Positions 24,461 to 36,504 of a stretch of 64,000 nt of DNA are shown here, one piece after another. Each line of letters starts with the position of its first letter. The stretch's first letter is position 1. The stretch is from Ostrea edulis (Eukaryota). The notes under the pieces are model-generated. The model was given only the letters and a program-made list of their open reading frames with translations, did no database searches and was not told the DNA's origin. The DNA lies in contig NC_079164.1 of the NCBI RefSeq assembly GCF_947568905.1, forward strand, positions 106,950,001 through 107,014,000, given 5' to 3'. The translations under genes and the position numbers were made by a program.

Positions 24461-25993
24461 GGGACCGGTCAATATTTACTAGGGAGTTGGGACCGGTCAA
24501 TATTTACTAGGGAGTTGGGACCGGCGCAAAATGCGATAGGACACAATTTTTTGGGCTTACATACTGATAGGACTCCAAATTTTATTATTTTCAACACTGA
24601 TAGGATCCAGAATTTAACTAAGTCTAAACACGTCTCTAGTAATTTGATAGAGAATACTGAGATGTGAAAAATACTTCTACATGTAAATGTACATGAGACA
24701 ACGATTCATTAAAACAGTAACTTAAAAATATACAAAATGTAGCACTTTAAATACAAATTTAACAAAAGATAAATATAAGTTGAAAATAAAGAGATTGGTA
24801 ACTAACAAAGTAAATAAAAGTTTGAATCCATCAGTTGATATATCAATGGAGAGACATTTTAAGTGATAATATTATGAAAAACACCAGAGATTTTTAAAGA
24901 CTATTACATCTGATCTGTAACAATGATAATGAAGTGTTAACAAGAGTACCGCAAACGGTACAATATACACCCGCCGGACAGTGAAATTCAACCTTGAAGC
25001 ATAAATATGCACTCTGAATTGATACAACACATACAATTGAATAGAAAAACCTTAAAGTGGGTCATGGTGCACCAATCCACTGTCTGATTATGCAATTCTC
25101 TGAGAGGGAGGTTGTGACAGTTGATCTACTTTTAACTCTAAAGTAGTTCATGGTGCACCAATGAAGTTGAAATGCTTGAAATGTGAACTGATTATGTATT
25201 TCTATGAGAGGGAGGTTGTGACAAAATTTCAGAGCAATACCAGTGACCATACCGAAAAAAATCTGGAAAACTGTTTGACCTACTTCTACCCCTAAAGTAG
25301 GTCACAGTGCACCAATCCAGCTGAAATGCTAACTGCACTGGTCTTCCTCCAAGAGGAAGCCTGTTACTAAATATCAGGGCAATATCTGTATCCGTAATCA
25401 AAAATGCCCGGGAAACTGTTTGACTTATTTTAAGCCCAAACGTAGGTCAAGGACGGGCGAATCCAGCTGAAATGCAAACTGAACTTGTATTCCTTTGAGG
25501 GGAAGTTTATGTGTAAATTTCAGGGCAATCTGTATCTGTAACCCCCCCCCCCCCCCCAAAGTCCGGTAAACTGTTTAACCTACTTATAGCCCTAAAGTAG
25601 GTCAAGGACGGACCAATCCAGCTGAAATGCAAACTCACTCTTACACTTCTTGAGGGAGAAATTGTGACCAAATTTCAATGCCATACATGCAATGCATCTG
25701 TTTCGGAAAAAGGTCCGGAAAACATTACCTCAGACGGACGGACAGACAGACAGCCAGACGGACGAACGCACGGACAGGACCATAACATAATAAGTCCCGT
25801 CTAATGATGGGTGTGTAAAACTTGTTGTTTAATCACGCGTACATACTTATTTATTAGATAGGACACACACTTTTTTATTACACATCTGATATAGGACAGC
25901 AGCTTTTTTGTATTAGAAGATAGGACGTAGGTTTTTTTTAATGGTAATATGTGATGCACCGGTCCCAACCCCCAATAAATCTTGACCGGTCCC
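24461..25993. mobile_element. PIF/Harbinger- or Zator-like non-autonomous element, 1533 bp
   Basis: TIR gggaccggtcaa.attta; TAA TSD at 24458-24460 and 25994-25996. Confidence 0.82.
24939..25820 (+). mobile_element. HINE-like element nested in the 24461 element
   Basis: acaagagtaccgc start, diverged monomers, gacg/gaca microsatellite, terminal hairpin. Confidence 0.65.
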
Positions 25994-26811
25994 TAAATGA
26001 ACTGTATAAGTGCAAAAATCGAAGGAAATTAGCTGTGAGCGAGCACACCCTAAAATAAATTCTGAACCAAATAAGGAAAATAGGCATGACTTTTAATCGA
26101 ATTTTGTGAAAAGTGTGTAAAATGATTTTGTCGAGAAAAAAAATGAATTACTTCCATGTAATTTTGTTTCGGTCTTTGTTTTAATATAAACGGTAGAAAC
26201 TTTACGTCAACATTAAACAAAGGCTAGCAGGAAGTACCAATCGGTAATAAGACTTTGGGCCAATATGTCCGTTTAAGGTGTTGGTATATTTTAAAGAGAA
26301 ATAAATTATTTTTTTTTCAAAAAAAGGTGGAGTTGGGTGGTGGGTTTTGTTTTAAGGTTATCGTTTCTATGATGCTACATATTCATGATTCAGAATCGAG
26401 AAAAAAGTACTTGACGAAAAAGGCTTAGCGATGTTCCGGTTGCCAAATTTCCATGTGAACCACAATGACAAGCGTAGCTACCTATAAAGCGTAGATCTAG
26501 CTGCAGATCGAATTAAATTTTCGCATACATATGTACACAGTAAGAATATCGAACATGGATTAAGATTTTCGCATATACATAGCAAGATTTATCAGGATTT
26601 TTGCATATAAATTTTCGCATATATAAATATCACGATTATCGAATATAAATCAAGATTTTCGCATATGGATAGCAAGATTTATCGAATATAGATCAAGAAC
26701 TTGGTATATAATGCTCATAACGATCTTATTTACAAATACTGCACACTCTTTCAGTAAATTGAATGCTGTTTGACGTGTTTCAAAGGCCGCTCTTTACATA
26801 TCGATTTAATA

Positions 26812-27200
26812 CTCCGTTTACCTTATCAAGATATACAGGGCTCATGGCGGGAGTGACCAGTCAACAGGATATGCTTACTCCTCCTACACTGCACCTGATC
26901 CCACCTCTGGTGTGTCCAGGGGTCCGTGTTTGTCTGATCCCACCTCTGGTGTGTTCAGGGGTCCGTGTTTGTTTGATCCCACCTCTGGTGTGTCCAGGGG
27001 TCCGTGTTTGTCTGATCCCACCTCTGGTGTGTTCAGGGGTCCGTGTTTGTCTGATCCCACCTCTGGTGTGTCCAGGGGTCCGTGTTTGTCTGATCCCACC
27101 TCTGGAGTGTCCAGAGGTCCGTGTTTGCCCTATTCTTATTTTTACATTCGTTATAGATTTTTTAGATCGGTCACTGCTCTTCATTGTAACAGTTTACACA
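26812..27200 (+). mobile_element. LINE/SINE 3'-tail fragment with an internal 39-bp tandem array (6 units, 26895-27128)
   Basis: ccgtttacc..atcaagatat...gggctca.ggcggg.gtgacc...atgcttactcctccta..cacctgatcccacctctgg resembles a recalled oyster CR1/L2-type 3' end. Confidence 0.65.
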
Positions 27201-27858
27201 CTACACACAGAGACACCTACCGGCTTCCGTAGTATTCATACACCGGGGAGGGGGAGGGGGCTTTTTCCTGGAAAAACTTCGCCATATGATATTTCACCTT
27301 AATTATTGACTAATACTATTGTTTGAATTGATTTACTGTAGATGATCCACGTCCTGGATTTAGAATGCATGCTACATGTATTTAAAAGATAAATGAGCAA
27401 TATGGGAGTGAATGCATAATCTACAAATGTATATGCATAAATTCAAATGATTATAAAATATCGTCGGCCAAACGAAATCATATAAAACTTGATATCTCCT
27501 GTAACAGACTCGTGACTGCTAGCGTGACTGGATTGGGAAATTTGATCAAGCAAGATAAAAACAATTATAGATCTATTCTATCATGGCTGAGACTGCTCAG
27601 GAAAGTTCTTACGATAATCCGAATCTTGACGGTATGTATTTATATATATATATATAAATAGGTGGTGCGAAATATCACGGATCTTGTTTAGTATTTTTTT
27701 CTGGTAGATAGACAAGGAAGTGTTAAATCTGAGTAAACATGTTTTGTAAGTGAATTTACCTGACCTACCTTAACAAACGAAGAAAGTACGATGTCTGGCG
27801 GACCAGATCGAATCTTCGGCCCTTTGAATTGATTTGGGATATCAAACTGCCGTGAACT

Positions 27859-27862
<4 letters not shown>

Positions 27863-27920
<58 letters not shown>
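27863..27920. repeat. (GA)n microsatellite
   Basis: Seen directly. Confidence 0.95.
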
Positions 27921-27925
<5 letters not shown>

Positions 27926-29170
27926 ATGCACTTATCAATGTAATCTGAATGCCCTATAACCTAACAGTTTAATGTACATTGTTTTGCACCTTATAATCAG
28001 TGGTATAAGTGTAAACATACCAGTGCAGGTCTTGTGTACACTACAGGGACTAAGTCCGGACCGTCACCCGGTAGTCAGTCTTACTAGTTTGTCCCTATGG
28101 GTATGGCGAGGGGACCAAGACATGTGCAGTTAATATAGAGGTATTCTTTGTACGAATCAAAGATTTTAACGATGTCTAAATGTACATGATAGCACTGTCT
28201 CAAGTGTCAGGAAAATATTCAAGTTCCACAGATCATATACAGTGTAGAGAACAATGTTTCTTCTATGGAGCGCCAACATAAGCTCAAATAATTGAAAATA
28301 TCTGTAATTATTTGAAGATATCATTAATTCAAGGCGAAGAGAGCAATAATTCAATTACTGCGCGCATCAATTGAATTAATGATATGATTAATTCAATTGA
28401 AGAGAGTAATAATTCAATTATTGTAATATTGTATACATGTTATAAAAGTGTTTCCGTTTTATTCCTTTCTATACTGTGGTAAATAACAACTTGACACATT
28501 TCCATCCATCTATTTTCATTAGAATCTCTATAATGTATTGGCATTTTATCATGACTTTGACAATTTGCGCCATGGTAACGATTGGTCTATGACCTTGACC
28601 TTTCGACGTAAATTAGACTTAACGTATCTCTGTGATATCATTACCATCTTAGTATAAACTGAACAGGACTCCGGGTTGACTCAAGTTCACAATAAATCAG
28701 CAGAAGTAAAAGAACACAAACACTATACACTGGCCACTATATCCATGACAACTGTATCATCTCTGGTATAAAGTGTCCCCACAACATTTTCCATACATAG
28801 GGCCTATAATGATATAATTGTGATTATCTACAATGATTTATTTATTCCAAATTAGGGCCCTCTTGGGCATATAGCATACACGACTGTCAATAATACATAA
28901 GACAATTTTCAATGTGTAATTTTACTACACTAAAAAAAAATGCACTGTAGATCTCGGCCCTAATAGTACAGTCATAAATAGATATTAAGAACTCCAGGCT
29001 GTACTATTAATAAAATGTACTCCAACCAATTTTGTGACAAACTTCATTTGAAATTTTGTAAATCAATACTTGGGGTACACAAATCTGCAACAAATTTTGC
29101 TGTGTTTTCTGAATTGGGAAAATTTCCTCTACACTTTGACATTGTCAAATCGATATTAAGTTATTGGTAC

Positions 29171-29826
29171 TATGGAGCGCCAAATTAACATAAACTCAAA
29201 TAATTGAAGATATCTTCAATTATTTGAAGATATCATCAATTCAATTATTGCTCTCTTTAATTGAATTAATGCGCACATTAAATCAATTATTGCTCTCATC
29301 AAATGAATTAATGCGCGCTTCAATTCAATTATTGCTCTCATCAATTGAATTAATGCCAGTCTGATTAAAACCAGCCCCTTCTCCTATCGTCGTCAGGAGA
29401 GGGGGGGGGGAGGGGCTGGTTTTAATCAGACTGAATTAATGCGCGCATCAATTGAATTAATGAGAGCAATAATTGATTTAATGCGCGCATTAATTCAATT
29501 ATTGCTCTCTTCAATTCAATTGATGAGAGCATTAATTTCGTAGAAATATTGCTCGCAATAATTGATTTAGAGCTCGGTATAAATAATTTGATGATCTCTT
29601 TAATTCAATTGAAGATATCTTTAATTATTTACATTGCTTTTGTATAAGGAATTAATGCGCGCATCAATTCTTTTAAAGAGAGCAATAATTCAGAGTTGAA
29701 GATATCATTAATTATTTGAAGAGATCTTTAATTCAATTGTTGCGCGCATCAAATGAATTGATGATATCTTCAAATAATTGAAGATATCTTCAATTCATTG
29801 AGTTTATGTTAATTTGGCGCTCCATA
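29171..29826. mobile_element. IS3EU-like non-autonomous element, 656 bp
   Basis: 29-bp TIR tatggagcgccaaattaacataaactcaa; TAT...ATA termini; 6-bp TSD tggtac; partial relatives near 23950-24032 and 28262-28420. Confidence 0.8.
29357..29433. mobile_element. 77-bp hairpin MITE with 9-bp TSD
   Basis: Perfect 23-bp TIR cagtctgattaaaaccagcccct; TSD aattaatgc. Confidence 0.88.
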
Positions 29827-31564
29827 TGGTACAGACTTGAAAACCTTGGTCAATCTTTTCCACTATTGAATGGTGCATATTGTGAATCTAAGTCACTGTT
29901 TGAACAGAATGTTCCGACATGGTACAGTACCACCAAGTTTCTCATCAATAAGCTAGATAGTGTTCAGAATTTGACTTGTGCCAAAGTACATAAATTCAAA
30001 AGTGAACTGAAGGATTGTTTATTCAAAAATTATATTAAGGAATGGAAATCACAAGCTACTTCACAATACGACAAAAAATTAAATTGCTACATATCTTTTA
30101 AACAAAACTTTGGTCAGGAGAAATATTTAGAATTACTCAAAAACTTTGAGCAGAGGAGAAGTTTTACACGCTTTCGCATATCGGCACACAGATTAAATAT
30201 TGAAAGAGGCCGATACCAAGGCATTCCTAGACAAGATAGACACTGTACTAGATGTAATACCGATACACTTGATGATGAAAAACATTTTTTACTGTCATGT
30301 TCTCATAATGCGGAAGAAATAAATGTTTTATATGAATTGGTGAATAACTACTGTAAGAACTTTTGTAACATGAATAATGATCAAAAGTTGATCTGGCTCA
30401 TGACAAACGAAAATGCTCAAATACTCAAACAAATCAGTAAAATGATCTTCAAAACAGGGATATAGAATACTAAGGGTTGTATAACTATACTTGCATGTAT
30501 AATTTACTCCTTGTCGATTTCAAATAAACACATCTATAAATAAGCTAGCTGTCTCGAATACTTGGGGTACAAGACTGCCAGTCTGATTGACTTGGCAAAG
30601 GCACCGTCCCTTGGTACCCCCTGTATTCGTGACAACATTTTATAATACTGTTTCATTTTCCTACCCATGTAACATCCTTGTTGTACATCGCATTTTCAAT
30701 CAGTACTATAAGCCAGCTCAAGACCAACATCAATGTAGAAATGGTATACATCTGTTTATCGTATTGTGTAGTTCTATTTAATTGTATACAATACTCATGT
30801 AAGCTGTCTTGAATATATAACATCTGTATATGGTATGCATGTGTACATATTGTGGTATCATGTATTTATTTTTGGTATACTATAAATAAGCTGTCTTAAA
30901 TACTTAGGGTACAAGACTGCCAGTCTGATAGACTCGGCTCAGGCACCGTCCCCTGGTACCCTCTGTGCTTGTGACAACATTTTATAATATTGTTTTACTT
31001 TACTTCCCATATAGCACACTTATTGTACAGTACATTTCCAATCAGTATTGTGATGAGAATTCAATACCTATGTCAATGTAGAAACCCTTAACATGTGTTT
31101 ATGGTACACATGTGTAAATTGTCATATCACTCTAGTTATAATGTTTAATTGTTAATTGTTAATTTGTATATGCCCCCTGAGGGCCCTTGATTGGTGAATA
31201 AATAAATATAATAATATATAACGTTATTTTTGCGATTTTTAAAAATCACATGTCATGAAAATACAACCCATCCCTTTATTTATATTTGCACACACAAACA
31301 CACGGACTATGTACACAATCATTTCTACAGGTAGATCATGTATACAATGTGCATGGGTTTTTAATATTCAGCACTATGAAACACACCCCTCCCCGATTTT
31401 TGCAAATTATTGGTTCCGTCGTAGCATTTTCACAATATTTTTCTAAATCATGACTAAAATCAGGCCATTTCTAAAGATTTTGCGAGCGGATCTAAGAATT
31501 TGATTTAGAGATCCGCCTCTGCTGTCTGTAGGTATTTTTGCGCAATACTGTAGGGATAAAATGT

Positions 31565-31583
31565 TCACGTGATTGGTCATGTG
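31565..31583 (+). promoter_or_regulatory. CLEAR-like E-box TCACGTGA, overlapping ATTGG (reverse CCAAT), and M-box GTCATGTG
   Basis: ttcacgtgattggtcatgtg ends 12 nt upstream of the PIP4P ATG. Confidence 0.55.
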
Positions 31584-31595
31584 GTATATTACCAA

Positions 31596-31671
31596 ATGGC
31601 GGACGGGGAGGAAAGAGCTCCGCTACTTCGGAGCAATATATCAGGTCCTCCACCTGTGTACAGCTCACAAG
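31596..31671 (+). CDS. PIP4P/TMEM55 exon 1
   Basis: [25 protein letters not shown]; AAG|GTAACG. Confidence 0.88.
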
Positions 31672-34062
31672 GTAACGTTTAGACAGTTACTTTTATAAGC
31701 AGTACATTTTTCAAAAAGCAGAAACTGTGAGGTATTTGTATTTGTAGTGTGTACGGTGGACTTAAAAGGAGGAAGTTCAAAACTAAATACATTACCATTC
31801 TATAATTTATATACAGGCCTAGATAGGTGTCATCGAATCCCATACGGATATTGTGTATATAATACTAAATCTATAATGGTTTTGTAATCATTAATTCAAA
31901 ATAAAAACATTGATGATAACATGGCATGGAACCATGTTCAATTAAATAAATGAATTAAAAAAAAAAAACCTTTCAACTTTAAGAAACAAGACTATGATTT
32001 TCTCACTACTTATAATCATCAGCCTTCAAAATGAAGTTTTAAAAAACCCGTCTTCTATCAGTACCTAAAGCAATGGAACTTTACTTATAAGATATAAATC
32101 ACAAGTTGGAAATTGGGAACCTGTGTCAAGAATAAATTTCAATATTGGGCTTTAAAGGGACATGGACACGATTCAAGCAGAAAATTTTCATTTTTGTTGT
32201 TGTTGATTTTTAATGTTTAGAATGCTTAACTAAGATATTACTAATGATCAGCAAAATTTTGGATGTCAGTAGTCGAGGTACATGGGAGATACAGAGGTCA
32301 CAAGTCCTTGTTATGTAAACAAGGCTCGTGCCATGTTTTTGTTTACATAGGTTAAATAAACTAGTAAAAGTTTCGTTTAAAGCAGATATTTTTAGTTTAT
32401 AAGTGAATTCTTAACACAATTAAATATTTTCTAGTGTTTGGCACATCTCATTAAGGTAACTCCATACTCACAGTTTTATCTGATACAAGTTTTAAAAGTG
32501 TAATTATTTCCATTTATTAGAGTTAAAACTAATAAATTATCAAATAAAATATATAGGTCATCACACTTTTTAAGATGCGAGACATGCATATATAAAATCA
32601 TATATCAACGTAAGAAAATTACACTTTTCCTTAAACAGTGTTACCAAAATCTCATAAAAACTGGTTATGACGATATAATAGCATTCATAACAATTCCATG
32701 AAACTGTTTCTTCACAAAAATTCAAAAAATGTTGGTAAAAAATAAAGGAAATCTTTGCATAACAGACTTAAGAAAGTTAGCTCCTGAGCTTTTGAGTACA
32801 ACTGCGCAGGATGCCACAACTATAAGTATTCACTGATTCATTACTGATCCCATTAGTGCAAACATATTACACATCTATTACTGAACCCTATCCAGTTGAA
32901 AAAAAATTGTGTCAATTCAAATTTTGAAAGGGTTTGACAGGGACTATATTTTGTGGCGGAAGGATTCACTAATCAAAAAGTTCTAATTCTGCATGATATT
33001 ACAGTTTCTGTTTCATCCAATGTATCGTCTATTTTTATACCCCTATACGTGTATTTCAGTTTTATAATGTATGATACAGGTAGTTGAGACTTGGAACTAG
33101 TTCAAATGTTGTCATCTATTAACTTGGTTGATATATTTTTCCAAAGAGAACACGGATTCCTAAAAAAGTTTTAATTAATTTACTCGAAATTTTGTATAGA
33201 AATTCAGTATTTTCGCCAATAATTCCAAAATTTGATCTCCACTCCCCTCTTTTTTTAGTTGCATTTTAAATTGGAGGACCAGACCTTGAAAATTATGTAA
33301 AATTTTAGAAATTGACATTACTCCTATTATGTCATTTTAAACTCACAGTTTTGATATCATGAAGTTTTTCGTATATCAAGTGCAAAAAGATTATTATTTA
33401 TTTCCTTTACTAGTATTAATTTCTTTTTTCATCTGTAGTGTTAGAGGACATGACTAGGTATCTATTTTATGTAATGATTGATTTGTGTTGCTTATGTTGT
33501 GTTGACACTAACAGAAAAATCAAGTTTAATTGAATAAATTTTAAGTGCAAAAAGGTCATGTTTAGAACACTATAGCTCAATAACAAGTGTTGTGACCCCA
33601 GTTTTTCTTTTTAATTTCCTAATTCTTCTTCAATGTAGAAATCAAAAGTACACTTCCCAAAAAATTGACATTACTCCAAATGTCAGGTGTGAACCTCTTT
33701 AATCAAGAAATCCATAAAAACAGAGTTGTTGCCCTTGGGTTCAATATTTTGAAACATATCATTGATAATTCATCTATAACTTAGGCTTTTGAAATACTCA
33801 ATTTTTAACAAGATTTTTAACAATAGCTATTGGAAAAGACTATAACAAAAATTATGTTCCTATCATGCATAAATCTAAAATAACAAAGAATTGTGAGTGC
33901 TGTATCTCACTTATGACTAAACAACTGATATTAAAATTTTGGTTGACCATTAGAAATACTTTAGACAAGCATTGTAAACAATAAAAATGGAAAATCAAAA
34001 TTTGAAAATTTTCAGCTCAAATTGTGTCCATGCCCCTTTAAATTTAAAGGGTCTGATTCACG

Positions 34063-34096
<34 letters not shown>

Positions 34097-36451
34097 TTGT
34101 TTTTCACTTTAAATGATTAAAATCTATAGTCTAATATGTTTAGAAGGTTTCACAAAAGAATTAAGGTTGTTAATCATGACAGAAGCTCATTATAGAGAAT
34201 TTATTATTTGTTTTGAAAACAAAGATTGAGATGTGTTATTGTTTACAAAGTTTTCAAAATAAATTGATATTGATCCAAGTTTATTTTATGTATCACATTG
34301 CAAGTATACTTTAGGTAAAATTTGTCATTTAAAAGTCAAAATTTGTGAATGTACAAAAATTAAGATGATTTATATTACAAAATTAACATTTCACTGGTTT
34401 GTTTGACTCGTCGATCCTTTGTTTACATAACACATTACATTACACAGAAATCCCGTGAGGATCCGAGTGAGAATAGGTCCTCAGTACCCCCTTGCTTGTT
34501 GTAAGAGGCAACTAAATTGGGTGGTCCTTCGGATGAGACCGCAAAAACTGAGTTCCCGTGTCACAGCAGGTGTGGCATGATAAAGATCCCTCCCTGCTCA
34601 ATGGCCATAATCGCCGAGCATAGGCCTAAATTTTGCAGCCCATCACTGGCAGTGGTGACGTCTCCATATGAGTGAAATATTCTCAAGAGGGACATAAAAC
34701 AATATTCAATCAATCAAAACTCAGAATTAAAGCTGAAATATTGCTCTTATCCTTGCATTCAGAAGGTCCAAATTTTGGTTGTCAATATCAAATAAGTTAT
34801 ATTCTGAATCTTTAACTTCAAAAATGAAAAATATTTTTTTTCCAAAAAGGTGAACCAGTCCCCTTATTATAAGTAAACTCAGAGACTTTGTTATATTTTG
34901 TCTCTGAACATAATTTATTTTTCTTTCACTTATAAATAAAATTAAAACAAACATGTTTTGCTTTTGACTCTTGGAAATTTGTTTGGTATTCATCAGAATT
35001 TATTGGGGACTCACTAAATTTTTATGGGATGCGAGTTACTAGTAAATCATGAGTCCAGGGCCCACCTTGAAAAATTCCTAATGATATTGTATGTGTATTT
35101 ATTTTAGCAGGATTCAAATTTTAGTGGCTTTGTGAAGCAAAAGCGCTAATTTATAGTTGCACTAAAATATGAAATTCACTATTCATCCATTCTCATATAT
35201 ATAGAAGGGCCAAATCATGATTACATTAAATAGTGCATCAGCTCCAACTGAGCCAATTCAGGCCTGGATTTCACAGGCACTTCTTTCTGTAAATGACTTA
35301 TGACCTCTGTATACTAATAATGTCGGCCTTTTGAGCTTCCAGGGAATATGCGATCTTTCTATAAATAACTCTAACGAATTCCAAACGTAATTTTAGAAGA
35401 GTATGCTAGCCAGTCAAAATCGCCCACGTATTCTGCGCGGTATCAGTACATAGCACTTCGTGGTATAAAACGGAAAATCGAGCTGTAGACCCATGTTTTG
35501 TTGCAGTTTTTGGCGATAAGAGGCAATGAATGCAGTCTTGTCATACATGGTTTTTAAGTTGAATGATTGTACATTACAACAGTAGTAAATACATTTGCAT
35601 CGCACATTCCCTGGAAGCTCAAAAGGCCGACATTCTCAGGGGGTGCCATTCAGTGTCATTTGAAGTTAGGTACCTTGTGTTATTATTAATATACAGAGGT
35701 CATAAGTCGTTTACAGAAACAAGTGCCTGTGCTATTATTAGTATACAGAGGTCATAAGTCATTTACAGAAACAAGTGCCTGTGCTGGATTTCTCCAAAGA
35801 CACTTAAGTCGAATCTTGGACTTAAGTCTGGGATCTTTCTCAAATTTTGACTGCTCAAACAACAGATAAATCAAACTGTAAGTTTGAGATTTTTCCCAAG
35901 AACTCCAAGCCTGTACACTGTTACAGTACCAATGCTTTGTCCCGTGGTATCTCTTGCAATACAGTAACAAGTTTTGCTCCCTTCACAATTCTTTCTTTTT
36001 CAGTTATTATAGTACTATTAATATATATACATGTACATATATATATGTGTCTGTTTTACATTATGGTATGCAGTGGTGCTATAATATTGTGTTATAGATA
36101 AGGGAGGTGAAAAATCAGGGTTTAATTATTGCATTAATAGTCATTAAAAATCTAGATACATGAAGCACACATGGAAGATGAGTTAAAAAGAAATCTTATT
36201 ATTTCAGCACCACCACCTGGCCAGGCACCACAGCCCATTCTACCTGATGAGTTGCCACCACCATACACTCCCACCCCTCAAGGGGGGATCCCCATGATCA
36301 ACTGTAAAGTCTGCCAGGCATTGATCAATGTAGAGGGAAAGCAAAACCAGCATGTTGTCAAGTGTACTGTCTGCAATGAAGCCACCGTAAGCTCCGTTTT
36401 CAGTTTGTAAGGGAAAGATGGATAGGCTATTTAGCAGCAATAATTCTTCCC

Positions 36452-36504
<53 letters not shown>

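Larger units (their letters stand above)
28985..31210 (+). mobile_element. 5'-truncated RTEX-like LINE (post-RT region, CCHC knuckle, 3'UTR, (AATA)n tail)
   Basis: KLHLKFCKSILGVHKSATNFAVFSELGKFPLHFDIVKSILSYWY joins in frame to RLENLG...RFRISAHRLNIERGRY..C..C...EKHFLLSC once the insertion is removed. Confidence 0.85.

Noticed and set aside
26763-27302. 179-aa ORF and overlapping ORFs as a repeat protein gene
   Set aside because: The ORFs are open on both strands only because the 39-bp unit is stop-free; the sequence is a retroelement tail.
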